64,000 nucleotides of DNA from Candidatus Aenigmatarchaeota archaeon (GTDB lineage Archaea > Aenigmatarchaeota > Aenigmatarchaeia > QMZP01), in the NCBI GenBank assembly GCA_043824495.1, contig JBDRSV010000005.1, forward strand, positions 7,955-71,954, read 5' to 3'. The translations under genes were made by a program, and so were the position numbers. The notes under the pieces are model-generated. The model saw only the letters and a program-made list of their open reading frames with translations, was not told the DNA's origin and searched no databases. Below, one piece after another: positions 27,508 to 36,574 of this stretch. Position 1 is the first letter of the stretch; each line of letters starts with the position of its first letter.

Positions 27508-27831
27508 TCATAATCTCTTCTTAATTTCTTCAAGTGTGGCCTTTTCGCTTTCGAAAAGCTCGGTAAAAAAATATATTTCACCATACGTCTTGCCCTCAGA
27601 GTAAATAATATTGTTATCAACAAGAATTTTTATGTGATGTAGTATTGTTCTATAATCCACATCGAGTTGTTTGCTTAACTGGTGCATGTTATACGGTCTT
27701 TGTTTCAAAAGCTCGACAATTTTTAATCTGGTTGTTCCACCCTTTGTACCTACGAAAATGTACCACATGAGATTCCTAAATCTCTGAGGAGTTATCATGT
27801 TAATAATATGATTTTTATATTTAAATCCCAA
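27508..27831 (-). CDS. ArsR-like winged-helix regulator (module copy 2)
   Basis: RLKIVELLKQRPYNMHQLSKQLDVDYRTILHHIKILVDNNII is colinear with 20461..20766. The true start may be the internal MITPQRF at 27798. Confidence 0.65.
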   Translation of the reverse strand: MGFKYKNHIINMITPQRFRNLMWYIFVGTKGGTTRLKIVELLKQRPYNMHQLSKQLDVDYRTILHHIKILVDNNIIYSEGKTYGEIYFFTELFESEKATLEEIKKRL

Positions 27832-27878
27832 CCTGAAGCATAACAGTTACTTGTTCTCATATTCTACTCTGCGCGGGG

Positions 27879-28871
27879 CTATCTTTTTTCTGCAATGACT
27901 ACATGCATCATTACATCTTCTCTTACTTCTCCATCGGGGATCTTTGGATCGTGTCCCCAATCAACAAGAGCACCATTTTCATAACTAAATCTATTATTTT
28001 GTCCTACATCAGATGGTACGCCCATGAGCATCATGGCTCTTTCACTTATTTCATTTTTAGTTGATCTAGCGTTCGCTCGGACTCTGCCTGCTTGTTCTAA
28101 TCCGAATCCAGAATTTTCCAAAACTTGAGCCATATACGCTGTTAAATAATCATTAACTCCGATGGGTCCATATTCAATAGAATCAAATGATCGAAGAAAT
28201 ACTCCCCTATCATAAAGACGATTATTTACAATGAAAAGTTTCTCTTCATACTCACATGGAATATCTGGACTGGCTCCCATCGCTAATCTTTTTGCAGATT
28301 CTCTCATAAGAAGAGCTGGTTCTCCTGGCTGTAAATCTTGAAAATGAACAAAATGTCCACCTGGTCTTAGGCATCTCTTCGTTTCTTCTGCAGCTATTTC
28401 CTGAAAAACAATTCCATCCCATGAACTAAGACCTGCAATTACATCTACACTAGCGTCAGATAAGGGCATATCATACATGCTCCCAACATCTACTCTAGGA
28501 GTTCTACCAAGACTCTGACTAAATTCTCTATTGTGTTCTACCGCCTGTGGATTGATATCAAATTGTCGCCAGTCAAGACCTTCTGGAAGATAGAAATTTT
28601 GTAACCAACCACGAACACCAGAACCAAATTCTGCACCTTGGTTTATTGACGAGAAATCGAATGCACTTCTTACTAGTTTTTTTGCAGCTTCCATTATTCT
28701 AAATCTTACAATTCTATAATGGTGCTGGTAATCAATAGAATCATTTGCTAGCCAACCAGTCTCATATGCTAACGCTTCATCTGTAAGAAATCCTTCGCCG
28801 GCTAATCTATAATCTCTCCTTACTTCATCACCTGTGACGATTCTACTATAATTTCTATTATGTACTTCCAT
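27879..28871 (-). CDS. class I SAM-dependent methyltransferase-like protein
   Basis: It has motif I-like AEFGSGVRG and the later block LRPGGHFVHFQDL. Confidence 0.6.
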   Translation of the reverse strand: MEVHNRNYSRIVTGDEVRRDYRLAGEGFLTDEALAYETGWLANDSIDYQHHYRIVRFRIMEAAKKLVRSAFDFSSINQGAEFGSGVRGWLQNFYLPEGLDWRQFDINPQAVEHNREFSQSLGRTPRVDVGSMYDMPLSDASVDVIAGLSSWDGIVFQEIAAEETKRCLRPGGHFVHFQDLQPGEPALLMRESAKRLAMGASPDIPCEYEEKLFIVNNRLYDRGVFLRSFDSIEYGPIGVNDYLTAYMAQVLENSGFGLEQAGRVRANARSTKNEISERAMMLMGVPSDVGQNNRFSYENGALVDWGHDPKIPDGEVREDVMMHVVIAEKR

Positions 28872-29001
28872 GGTTTAGGAAGTGAGCTTAATTTTAAATA
28901 GATACGCCCAGAAGAGTGAATCCGAAGATGACCATAAATCTACCTTATAAGAAGTAAAACACAATTATATATTATTAAAATACCAATATGGAGGTAAAAT
29001 T

Positions 29002-29235
29002 ATGGCTACAGCCAAAAGAGAAGAACGAAGAGAAGAACGAAGAGAAGAACGAAGAGAAACACGAAGAGACGGAAGAGTGGATGTTGCAAGATTGGATGTA
29101 CGAGTTGAAAGAGACATTTCCGATGTACGAAGAGAAGCAGCAGAAGCAAGAAGAGACGCATCAGAAGCACGAAGAGAAGCATCAGAAGCACGAAGAATGA
29201 TTGAAGAAAGACTTTTAGAAGAAAGAAGAAGATAA
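29002..29235 (+). CDS. 77-aa highly charged Glu/Arg repeat protein
   Basis: GGAGGT lies 8 nt upstream of the ATG. The 12-nt unit agaagaacgaag is repeated three times, giving EERREERREERRE. Two other frames are also open because of the repeat. Confidence 0.4.
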   Translation: MATAKREERREERREERRETRRDGRVDVARLDVRVERDISDVRREAAEARRDASEARREASEARRMIEERLLEERRR

Positions 29236-29327
29236 ATTTCATTTTTTTTGGAAGTCTTTTTTTATTATTTTTTTTATTATTTTATTGTATACAATCTTTT
29301 ATTGTGTTCTCTATAATACTCAGAATC

Positions 29328-29546
29328 CTATTTCTCATACTTGATAATTTTTACTTTGTATTGTGCTGCTAAACAAATAATCATTATTACAAGATAAAAA
29401 TACCAAGGAAATTCCATGGCGTCGCTTCTAAATTGTGGCCATGCTGTGTATAGAAAAAGTATAAAGAACATTGTAGCTATTATAAGAAGAACTACGTGAT
29501 ATCTCTTCATTTCAAATGTATCATGAAATCTGTCACTTAACCACAT
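29328..29546 (-). CDS. small 2-TM membrane protein
   Basis: 72-aa ORF with two hydrophobic helices. Confidence 0.4.
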   Translation of the reverse strand: MWLSDRFHDTFEMKRYHVVLLIIATMFFILFLYTAWPQFRSDAMEFPWYFYLVIMIICLAAQYKVKIIKYEK

Positions 29547-29634
29547 AATTATCTGCTTCTAGTTTAAACTTCCCCATCAATACTTATAAAACTTGAACAC
29601 AAGAATAAACATAAAAAATCAGAGAGGTGTAAAC

Positions 29635-29805
29635 ATGCCTGTAAAGACAGGAGAATTTAAAGGACATAAAACATTGACCTTGATGAGGAATGAGGATGAT
29701 AAATACCCATTCACTTTCGGTGTTGCAAAAGCAAAGTTAATAATGGAATACTTCGAAGACATCAAGAAATTTGTTGAAGAAAGCGACGCACAACCAGAGG
29801 AATAA
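29635..29805 (+). CDS. small PC4/YdbC-like protein (tentative)
   Basis: The start was moved to MPVKTGEFKGHKTLTL (GAGAGGTG SD). The pattern FKG..TLTL......YPFTFGVAKAKLI...EDIKKFV is PC4-like. Confidence 0.45.
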   Translation: MPVKTGEFKGHKTLTLMRNEDDKYPFTFGVAKAKLIMEYFEDIKKFVEESDAQPEE

Positions 29806-29824
29806 ACACCTCTGGAGTGATGAT

Positions 29825-30289
29825 ATGAAAAAAGAGTTGGTTTTTGGTATTGTGGTTATAGCAGTGGTAGCCTATACAGCCTTTTTTTATCAAGACCCTT
29901 ACACGAGTATCCAGGTCACTGGAGCTCAAACTGAAGATCAAGCAGTTGAACTTAAACAGCAAGTTCTAAATGTTATAGGAAGTAAACTGTCCTCTGTTAC
30001 TGATGTGATTATACATGAGAAAGGAGAGGAAATAGAAACCGGAGACAAAGTAAAGTTAGTGGAAATAGAGAGAGCAGACGGGAAAGTGGTTACATATCTA
30101 GGAAATCCAAAAGCTCAATTATCTCCCATAGTTCCTAAATTCATGAGTGTTTTCTGTACTTCTCAAGTAGTTGAGAAGCATTGTTATGCAAAACCTCTAG
30201 CAAATGGAGACTTTGTTCACTATTACTGTGACGCATCTACTTGTTCTTGTACCCATCCAACGGTGAATGACCCATGCTCAACAGAGTGA
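29825..30289 (+). CDS. membrane-anchored protein with Cys-rich C-terminus
   Basis: It has an MKKELVFGIVVIAVVAYTAFF anchor and 7 Cys in the last ~60 aa. Confidence 0.5.
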   Translation: MKKELVFGIVVIAVVAYTAFFYQDPYTSIQVTGAQTEDQAVELKQQVLNVIGSKLSSVTDVIIHEKGEEIETGDKVKLVEIERADGKVVTYLGNPKAQLSPIVPKFMSVFCTSQVVEKHCYAKPLANGDFVHYYCDASTCSCTHPTVNDPCSTE

Positions 30290-30318
30290 TATATATAGTC
30301 TATAATTAGTGTATACTT

Positions 30319-30615
30319 ATGAGAAATATCATCAATTTTTTGCTTGTAGTTGCACTGACGGTATCAACACTATCTATTACAGCGTTAGCACAAACACCTG
30401 AAGCTTATGGCGATGTAGGAATTCTAGCTGGTATGGCAATTTTATGGACGGCTATTGCAGTCATAAATGTCATCATCTTCATACTGGTTTTGATTGACAT
30501 CTTGAAAGCCAAAAATGCTGCATCTTGGAAAGTAACATGGTTGATAGTGGTTTTGATATTAGGCATAATTGGACTACTGTTATACTGGTTCATAGGAAGA
30601 AAGAAGAAAGTTTGA
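30319..30615 (+). CDS. small membrane protein with PLD-nuclease-N-terminal-like (PLDc_N) segment
   Basis: ILVLIDILKAKNAASWKVTWLIVVLILGIIGLLLYWFIGRKK. Confidence 0.5.
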   Translation: MRNIINFLLVVALTVSTLSITALAQTPEAYGDVGILAGMAILWTAIAVINVIIFILVLIDILKAKNAASWKVTWLIVVLILGIIGLLLYWFIGRKKKV

Positions 30616-30711
30616 TCTTCTTCCTGTAATCAAAGTAATTCCTCAAAAGTAGTGAAAACAATACCTTTATAAAGTTTTATGTTATGTTTTTAGCATAAAA
30701 TTGGAGTTTAT

Positions 30712-32781
30712 ATGAAAATCGCTTTAATTACCCTCGTTTTGACTATGATCTTAGTTTTAGGTTTATCTCAAACAGTTCTAGCACAAGTCAATGTAGGAGA
30801 TTTACCTGCTAAAGGCAATTCTGATGCTCCTATTACAATAGTAGAGTTCTCAGATTTTCAATGTTCATTCTGTGCAAGATTTACATCACAAACTCTTCTA
30901 GAAATACAAACTAAATATATAGACACCGGTAAAGTCAAATTCTATTTCAGAGACTTTCCTTTAAGTTTCCATCAGCAAGCAAAGCCAGCTGCTTTAGCAG
31001 CAAGATGTGCAGATGATCAAGGTAAGTTCTGGGAATTTCATGACTTAATTTTCGAAAATCAACAAGACCTAAGTGAAGCAACATACAAACAATGGGCATC
31101 TGATCTCGAATTAAATACTGTAGAGTTCAATTCATGTTTCGATTCAAATAAATACAGCGCTGAAATTGACGCTGATTTTTCAGCAGGTCAAGCAGTGGGT
31201 GTAAGCGGTACACCATCATTCTTTATTAACGGGCACAAAGTTGTAGGAGCTCAACCATTTGCAGCATTTGAAAATGTAATAGAACAACTTTTAGATGGAA
31301 CTTTAGAACCAGTTGATCCTACTGATATACCAGAACCTACTATTCCAGAAACGCAACCAGTACCACCATTACCTGAAATTGTTGATGTTGATGTTGGAAG
31401 CTTACCAGTAAAAGGTGCTTCAAATGCTCCAGTAACAATTATAGAATTCTCTGATTTCGAATGTCCATTCTGTGGAAGATTCACATCACAAACTCTTTCA
31501 ATGATTGAATCTGAATATGTAGACACAGGAAAGGTAAAATTCTACTACAGAGATTTCCCATTGAGTTTTCATCAACAAGCAATGCCGGCAGCTATTGCTG
31601 CAAGATGTGCAAATGAGCAAGGAGAGTTCTGGGCATTTCATGATTTAAATTACGAAAACCAACAGAATCTTGGTGAATCAGTATACAAACAATGGGCATC
31701 TAATCTTGGTTTAAACATAGCTCAATTCAATTCATGCTTTGATTCAGAAAAATATGAAACAGCTGTTCAAGCAGACTTTGCAGCAGGTCAGGCAGCAGGT
31801 GTAAGTGGAACGCCATCATTCTTTATTGGAAACAGTCAGGACGGATACCAAAAATTGGTTGGAGCTCAATCATTTGCAGCATTCAAAACAGTTATAGATC
31901 AGCAACTTGGTGTAGAACCAGATCCTTATCCTGATACACCGGGAACAGAAGATATGCAACCAGAACCAGTTAAAGGAAATCCAAACGCTCCAGTAACAAT
32001 CGTAGAATTCTCTGATTTCGAATGTCCATTCTGTGCAAGATTCTTTACAAGTACTCATGGACAAATTGTTTCAGAATATGTAGATGCTGGTCATGCAAAA
32101 ATAACATTTAGTAATTTCCCTCTAAGTTTCCATCAGAATGCACAGTCAGCTGCAGAGGCTTCTGAGTGTGCTCATGAACAAGGTAAATTCTGGGAATTCC
32201 ATGATCTTGTATTTGAAAATCAAAATTCTCTAGATGTAACACAATATAAACAGTGGGCATCACAACTAGGGTTGAATACAGCAAGATTTAATTCTTGTGT
32301 AGATACACACAAATATGCACCTGAAGTGAGACATGATTTTGCTCAAGGACAAGCAAAAGGAGTTCGTGGAACACCATCATTCTTCATCAATGGTGAGAAC
32401 CTTGTAGGTGCTCAACCATTCTCAGCATTCAAAGCTGTGATAGATAAATACTTGGATACAGATGAACCAGAAACACAGCCAGATGATATAGACACAGAGA
32501 TCTTAGACATTGTATTCAAGCTTGAGAGCTTGGGAATCAAAGTAGATAAGTTAGCAACACTATCAGGATCACTAGCTTCATATTACTCAAACACAGGTGA
32601 TTTCGCAAGAGCAACTCACTGGCAAGAAGTCGCAAACATGTTCGATAATGTAATGGATTTCATGGATGAGATAAAGAGCGAATTAAACAGAACAAGAGAT
32701 CTATTTGATGCAAGAAACAGCATCTCTGAATTAACAAGCTTCATAGGAAGTATAATTAACAAGATATTAGGATTTGTATGA
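30712..32781 (+). CDS. secreted protein with three tandem DsbA-like thioredoxin domains
   Basis: A signal peptide is present. Three ~200-aa repeats each carry FSDF(Q/E)C(S/P)FC(A/G)RF, FPLSFHQ(Q/N)A, GKFWEFHD and GTPSFFING. Confidence 0.8.
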   Translation: MKIALITLVLTMILVLGLSQTVLAQVNVGDLPAKGNSDAPITIVEFSDFQCSFCARFTSQTLLEIQTKYIDTGKVKFYFRDFPLSFHQQAKPAALAARCADDQGKFWEFHDLIFENQQDLSEATYKQWASDLELNTVEFNSCFDSNKYSAEIDADFSAGQAVGVSGTPSFFINGHKVVGAQPFAAFENVIEQLLDGTLEPVDPTDIPEPTIPETQPVPPLPEIVDVDVGSLPVKGASNAPVTIIEFSDFECPFCGRFTSQTLSMIESEYVDTGKVKFYYRDFPLSFHQQAMPAAIAARCANEQGEFWAFHDLNYENQQNLGESVYKQWASNLGLNIAQFNSCFDSEKYETAVQADFAAGQAAGVSGTPSFFIGNSQDGYQKLVGAQSFAAFKTVIDQQLGVEPDPYPDTPGTEDMQPEPVKGNPNAPVTIVEFSDFECPFCARFFTSTHGQIVSEYVDAGHAKITFSNFPLSFHQNAQSAAEASECAHEQGKFWEFHDLVFENQNSLDVTQYKQWASQLGLNTARFNSCVDTHKYAPEVRHDFAQGQAKGVRGTPSFFINGENLVGAQPFSAFKAVIDKYLDTDEPETQPDDIDTEILDIVFKLESLGIKVDKLATLSGSLASYYSNTGDFARATHWQEVANMFDNVMDFMDEIKSELNRTRDLFDARNSISELTSFIGSIINKILGFV

Positions 32782-33011
32782 AGGGAATTCAAATAGCTTT
32801 GATAATTTTGGTAATATTGGTCTTAGTTAGCTTTGGTTACATTGCTAGCACAACATACACAGGTATGATAGTTGGAGACAATACGGACAATGATAACACA
32901 GTTACAATTTCTGATAATCCAGAACAAAACGAGATCAAAGATGTGCAGAAGCAATTGAGCGAAATACAAAAAGATCTCAAGGATCTACAAGACCAATTAG
33001 CTGACATTTAA
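32778..33011 (+). CDS. small TM plus coiled-coil protein
   Basis: It overlaps the upstream stop by 4 nt. It has an N-terminal TM helix and a charged C-terminal helix. Confidence 0.45.
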   Translation: MKGIQIALIILVILVLVSFGYIASTTYTGMIVGDNTDNDNTVTISDNPEQNEIKDVQKQLSEIQKDLKDLQDQLADI

Positions 33012-34441
33012 AGTTTCTTCTTAAGAGCACTAGCTATTTGATCGCCTGACGCTTTACCCTTAAACTTACCCATGAGTATACCCATGTAAGCACCAAATGA
33101 TAAGCCTGGTTTTTCTTTCATGAGCTTATCAATTTCTGTATCTAGATCTATATCTCCACTCATCTGATATTTCCTGAAGTCTAGCTTCTTGCCATTAGCT
33201 ACACCAGCTAGTATTTCCATCACAGCGTCCTTAGAAATCTTACCTGCGTCTAGCTCTTTGAACACAGATGTGAGGTGTTCACCTGAGATTTTATCAACAT
33301 TAGCGCTTTTGTTCTTTTTGTGTATTTCAGATTTGTATGAAACAATTGTTTCAGCAATGAAAGCAGGCTTTATTTTTTTGAAATTAGAAAGATCTGAGAA
33401 TACTTCATAATACTCTTTATTGTTTCCAATTTTAGTTGCAAGATCATGTCCTAATCCAGCAGCTTCTAATTTTTCAATCTTATCTTCTATTAGTTCAGTC
33501 TTAATCTTCTTCAAATCATCAAGTAAATACTTTGTAATTCTTATTGGGGGTATATCGGTTTCAGGATACAACCTAGCAGCTCCTGGAAGTGGTCTCATGA
33601 ATTGTGTAGTTCCGTTAGCCATTGGTTTTCTTACATCACCTGAAACTTTCTGTTTCTTCTTGATTAACTCCTGTTGTCTTAGAATTTCATTTTCAACATA
33701 TTTCGGAATCATATTCAATTCCTGAACACCTTTGATTTCAACTCTGTGTCCACCAGCAATTGAAACATTTACATCCTGTCTAATTGTTCCTAAACCAGAT
33801 TTTACTTTACCAGTTGATTTTAGAATCATTCCCAGTTTCTGAGAAACTTCTTTGGCTTGTTCTGGTGTGTGTATATCAGGATCTGTTCCTATTTCAACCA
33901 AAGGGATACCCAATCTATCTAAACCGTATCTAGACTCTTTATCATCCTTACCTAGTATCTGGCAAGATTCTTCCTCAACAGCTACACTTGTTATTCCGAC
34001 CTTACCAAAGCTGGTTTCAATCCAACCATCCATCCCAACTATAGCTGTCCTCTGGAATCCAGATGTGTTAGAGCCGTCTATCACAGTCTTTCTCATCACA
34101 TGTATCTCGTCTGGTATGTCACAATTAAGCATCAAAGCTATTCTTAAGCTAAGTTCTAAAGCTTCTTTATTCAGTTCGTGTGGAGGTTCATCATCGGCTT
34201 CAACCAAACAGCTTTCAGCAGGATAAACACTGTAAACAAAGTCCTTGTTCTTGAAGAACTCGTGTAAAGCAGCTGTGTCTAGCTCTCCTAATTCCCCTGA
34301 TACAGCTCTAAGCTTCCTTTTGAAAGTCATGTAAGCTTTGTCAGCTAATCTAGAATCACAACTACAGAAAAGTTTGTGCTGCATATCTAATTGTCTATGA
34401 ATCTCAATTCCACTTTTCAAGCCGATTTTTTTGTAGTCCAT
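33008..34441 (-). CDS. gatE: Glu-tRNA(Gln) amidotransferase subunit E (short form)
   Basis: GLKSGIEIHRQLD..HKLFCSC, SCLVEADDEPPHE, VEIKGVQELN and RPLPGAARLYPETDIPP are present. It is adjacent to gatD. Confidence 0.8.
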   Translation of the reverse strand: MDYKKIGLKSGIEIHRQLDMQHKLFCSCDSRLADKAYMTFKRKLRAVSGELGELDTAALHEFFKNKDFVYSVYPAESCLVEADDEPPHELNKEALELSLRIALMLNCDIPDEIHVMRKTVIDGSNTSGFQRTAIVGMDGWIETSFGKVGITSVAVEEESCQILGKDDKESRYGLDRLGIPLVEIGTDPDIHTPEQAKEVSQKLGMILKSTGKVKSGLGTIRQDVNVSIAGGHRVEIKGVQELNMIPKYVENEILRQQELIKKKQKVSGDVRKPMANGTTQFMRPLPGAARLYPETDIPPIRITKYLLDDLKKIKTELIEDKIEKLEAAGLGHDLATKIGNNKEYYEVFSDLSNFKKIKPAFIAETIVSYKSEIHKKNKSANVDKISGEHLTSVFKELDAGKISKDAVMEILAGVANGKKLDFRKYQMSGDIDLDTEIDKLMKEKPGLSFGAYMGILMGKFKGKASGDQIASALKKKL

Positions 34442-34449
34442 TATTTCAC

Positions 34450-35811
34450 CTAATATAAGAATGTTTCAGGTAAGCTTCTTTTAGTTATCTCGCCTGCATA
34501 ATTTGTTAGCATCATTTCTCTTACTTTTCCAGGAACTTTTGTGTGACCTAGAACCCAACCCAACTTTACATAAGCAGTCTCAGTGAGCATATCATCTGCT
34601 GGTATTGCTCCAGTTTCGTGGAATAAAATTCTCAAGTTCGTATAAACATTTGCATTTACACGACCGTAGATGGATTGAGATGTGACAACTACAGCAATTC
34701 CTTTTTTAGTCAGTTTCTTGACTGTTTCAATCCAAGGCTTTCTTGCAAATGTTGGAACATGACCAAAAGCAGTTCCTTCGATTACTATTCCTTTGTAACC
34801 TTTGTCTGCATAGAAATCTAATACTTTGGGATCAGCGCCTGGATAAGCTTTGACTATCGCGACTTTAGGCTCAAACTTGGAATCAACTTCAACTTTCCCT
34901 TTTCTTCTAGGAATACTGTCACCAATCTTTAGAATCTTTCCATCTGACCAAACCTTTGCAATGGGTAAATCATTGATTGGTCTAAAGGCATCTCTTCTAG
35001 ATGTGTGCATTTTCTTGACCTTAGTTCCTCTCATAAACATACAATAATCATCTGACATGTGTCCATGCATGCAAATTCCCACACCAGATAATTCACTCTT
35101 AGCTATATGAGCAGAGCATATCAAGTTCATTCCAGCATCTGAACTGCCACGATCACTTGATCTCTGTGAACCCATCAAAACAACTGGTTTAGTCAAGCCT
35201 CGTAAGAAGAATGAAAGAGCAGCTGAAGTATATTGTAAAGTATCAGTTCCATGTATGACAATCACACCTTCTGCACTAGAATTAAGTTCTTTTGCAACAA
35301 CTGTAGCTATTTCTTGCCAATCTAGATAGTCCATGTCCTCACTCATTTTTGTAAAAGGACAAACAACTCTCTTCAGATTGGCTATTTTAGATAATTCAGG
35401 AACATTATGTAAGAACTCCTTGGGATCCATCATTCCTGTAACTCCACCAGTTTTATAATCCACTCTAGAAGCTACAGTTCCTCCTGTAGCAATCAAAGAA
35501 ACAGCTGGTTTACTAGCATCATACTTAATCCTTACTAAATCCTTATTGATCTTGCCTAGCTCGAAAGCTCTCTCTTCTTTGATGTTTTTAGGAGTCTTAT
35601 GTTTACTATGAGAAATATCAAAATTACCTTTACATTCTATACCAAAATTATAACCTGTATTTAGCTTCAGAACAACGCATGTAGGATCTCCAACTTCTGT
35701 CTTAGGCATAAGAAGTCCTTCATATTCTTTGCCACCAGTTTTAACAAGAATTCTATCACTTGGTTTGATTCTCTTTTTCTTAAGAAGCAGTTCAATCTTC
35801 TTCGAATACAT
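34450..35811 (-). CDS. gatD: Glu-tRNA(Gln) amidotransferase subunit D (asparaginase-like)
   Basis: Asparaginase-fold motifs (ATGGTVASR, HGTDTL) sit behind the GatD-type N-terminal domain. Confidence 0.9.
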   Translation of the reverse strand: MYSKKIELLLKKKRIKPSDRILVKTGGKEYEGLLMPKTEVGDPTCVVLKLNTGYNFGIECKGNFDISHSKHKTPKNIKEERAFELGKINKDLVRIKYDASKPAVSLIATGGTVASRVDYKTGGVTGMMDPKEFLHNVPELSKIANLKRVVCPFTKMSEDMDYLDWQEIATVVAKELNSSAEGVIVIHGTDTLQYTSAALSFFLRGLTKPVVLMGSQRSSDRGSSDAGMNLICSAHIAKSELSGVGICMHGHMSDDYCMFMRGTKVKKMHTSRRDAFRPINDLPIAKVWSDGKILKIGDSIPRRKGKVEVDSKFEPKVAIVKAYPGADPKVLDFYADKGYKGIVIEGTAFGHVPTFARKPWIETVKKLTKKGIAVVVTSQSIYGRVNANVYTNLRILFHETGAIPADDMLTETAYVKLGWVLGHTKVPGKVREMMLTNYAGEITKRSLPETFLY

Positions 35812-35836
35812 GAATATAATTTATTTTAGAGTCTTA

Positions 35837-36538
35837 TTAATCTGTAAACTCTTTTTTAGCTAAATGCCAGTATAACCCAGCTACATGTACCATATAATCA
35901 ACCATCTCATCTATTCCTAGTTTACTATCCCCTTCTGCTCTATCCTTGAAAACATAGGAGATTTCTTTAGCTTTCTCATATTTCCCTTTAACTAGAATTT
36001 CTAAACCAATTTTATATCCTCTAGGATTAAGTTTGACACCTTTAATTACACTCTTCCTCAGAAAGAAAAACCCAGACATTGGATCCTTTATGTTTGTTAC
36101 AGGAGCTGCAAGTAAAGTAGCGCCCTTAGAGACTATTTTCCTTTTCAGAGGCCAGTTCTTGATTCCACCACCAGGAACATATCTACTCCCTATAACAATA
36201 TCATTTGTCTTTAATGCTTTGATCATATAAGGTATCTTGTTTACAGGATGAGAGAAATCAGCATCCATTACACCTAAAATATCACCCTTAGCTTCTTTGA
36301 ATCCTCTCAAAACAGCAGAACTTAATCCTAGTTTACCTCTCCTCTTTACAACATGAACCTGAAATCTCTTTTCCATTTTCTTAACAACTTCAGCTGTTCC
36401 ATCAGGTGAATTATCATCAACTATTATCACTTCGCCTCGAATATTATTTTTAGAGAAAGTACTGAATATTTCAGGGAGTAGCCTTTTCACATTATCCTTT
36501 TCATTGTATGTGGGTATAATCACAGATACTTCGATCAT
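35837..36538 (-). CDS. GT2 dolichyl-phosphate mannose/glucose synthase-like glycosyltransferase
   Basis: VSVIIPTYNEKDNV, IVDDNSPDGT and DADFSHP are present. Confidence 0.8.
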   Translation of the reverse strand: MIEVSVIIPTYNEKDNVKRLLPEIFSTFSKNNIRGEVIIVDDNSPDGTAEVVKKMEKRFQVHVVKRRGKLGLSSAVLRGFKEAKGDILGVMDADFSHPVNKIPYMIKALKTNDIVIGSRYVPGGGIKNWPLKRKIVSKGATLLAAPVTNIKDPMSGFFFLRKSVIKGVKLNPRGYKIGLEILVKGKYEKAKEISYVFKDRAEGDSKLGIDEMVDYMVHVAGLYWHLAKKEFTD

Positions 36539-36574
36539 ATATAAAATTTAGAAATAATCTATATATAGAGAGTT

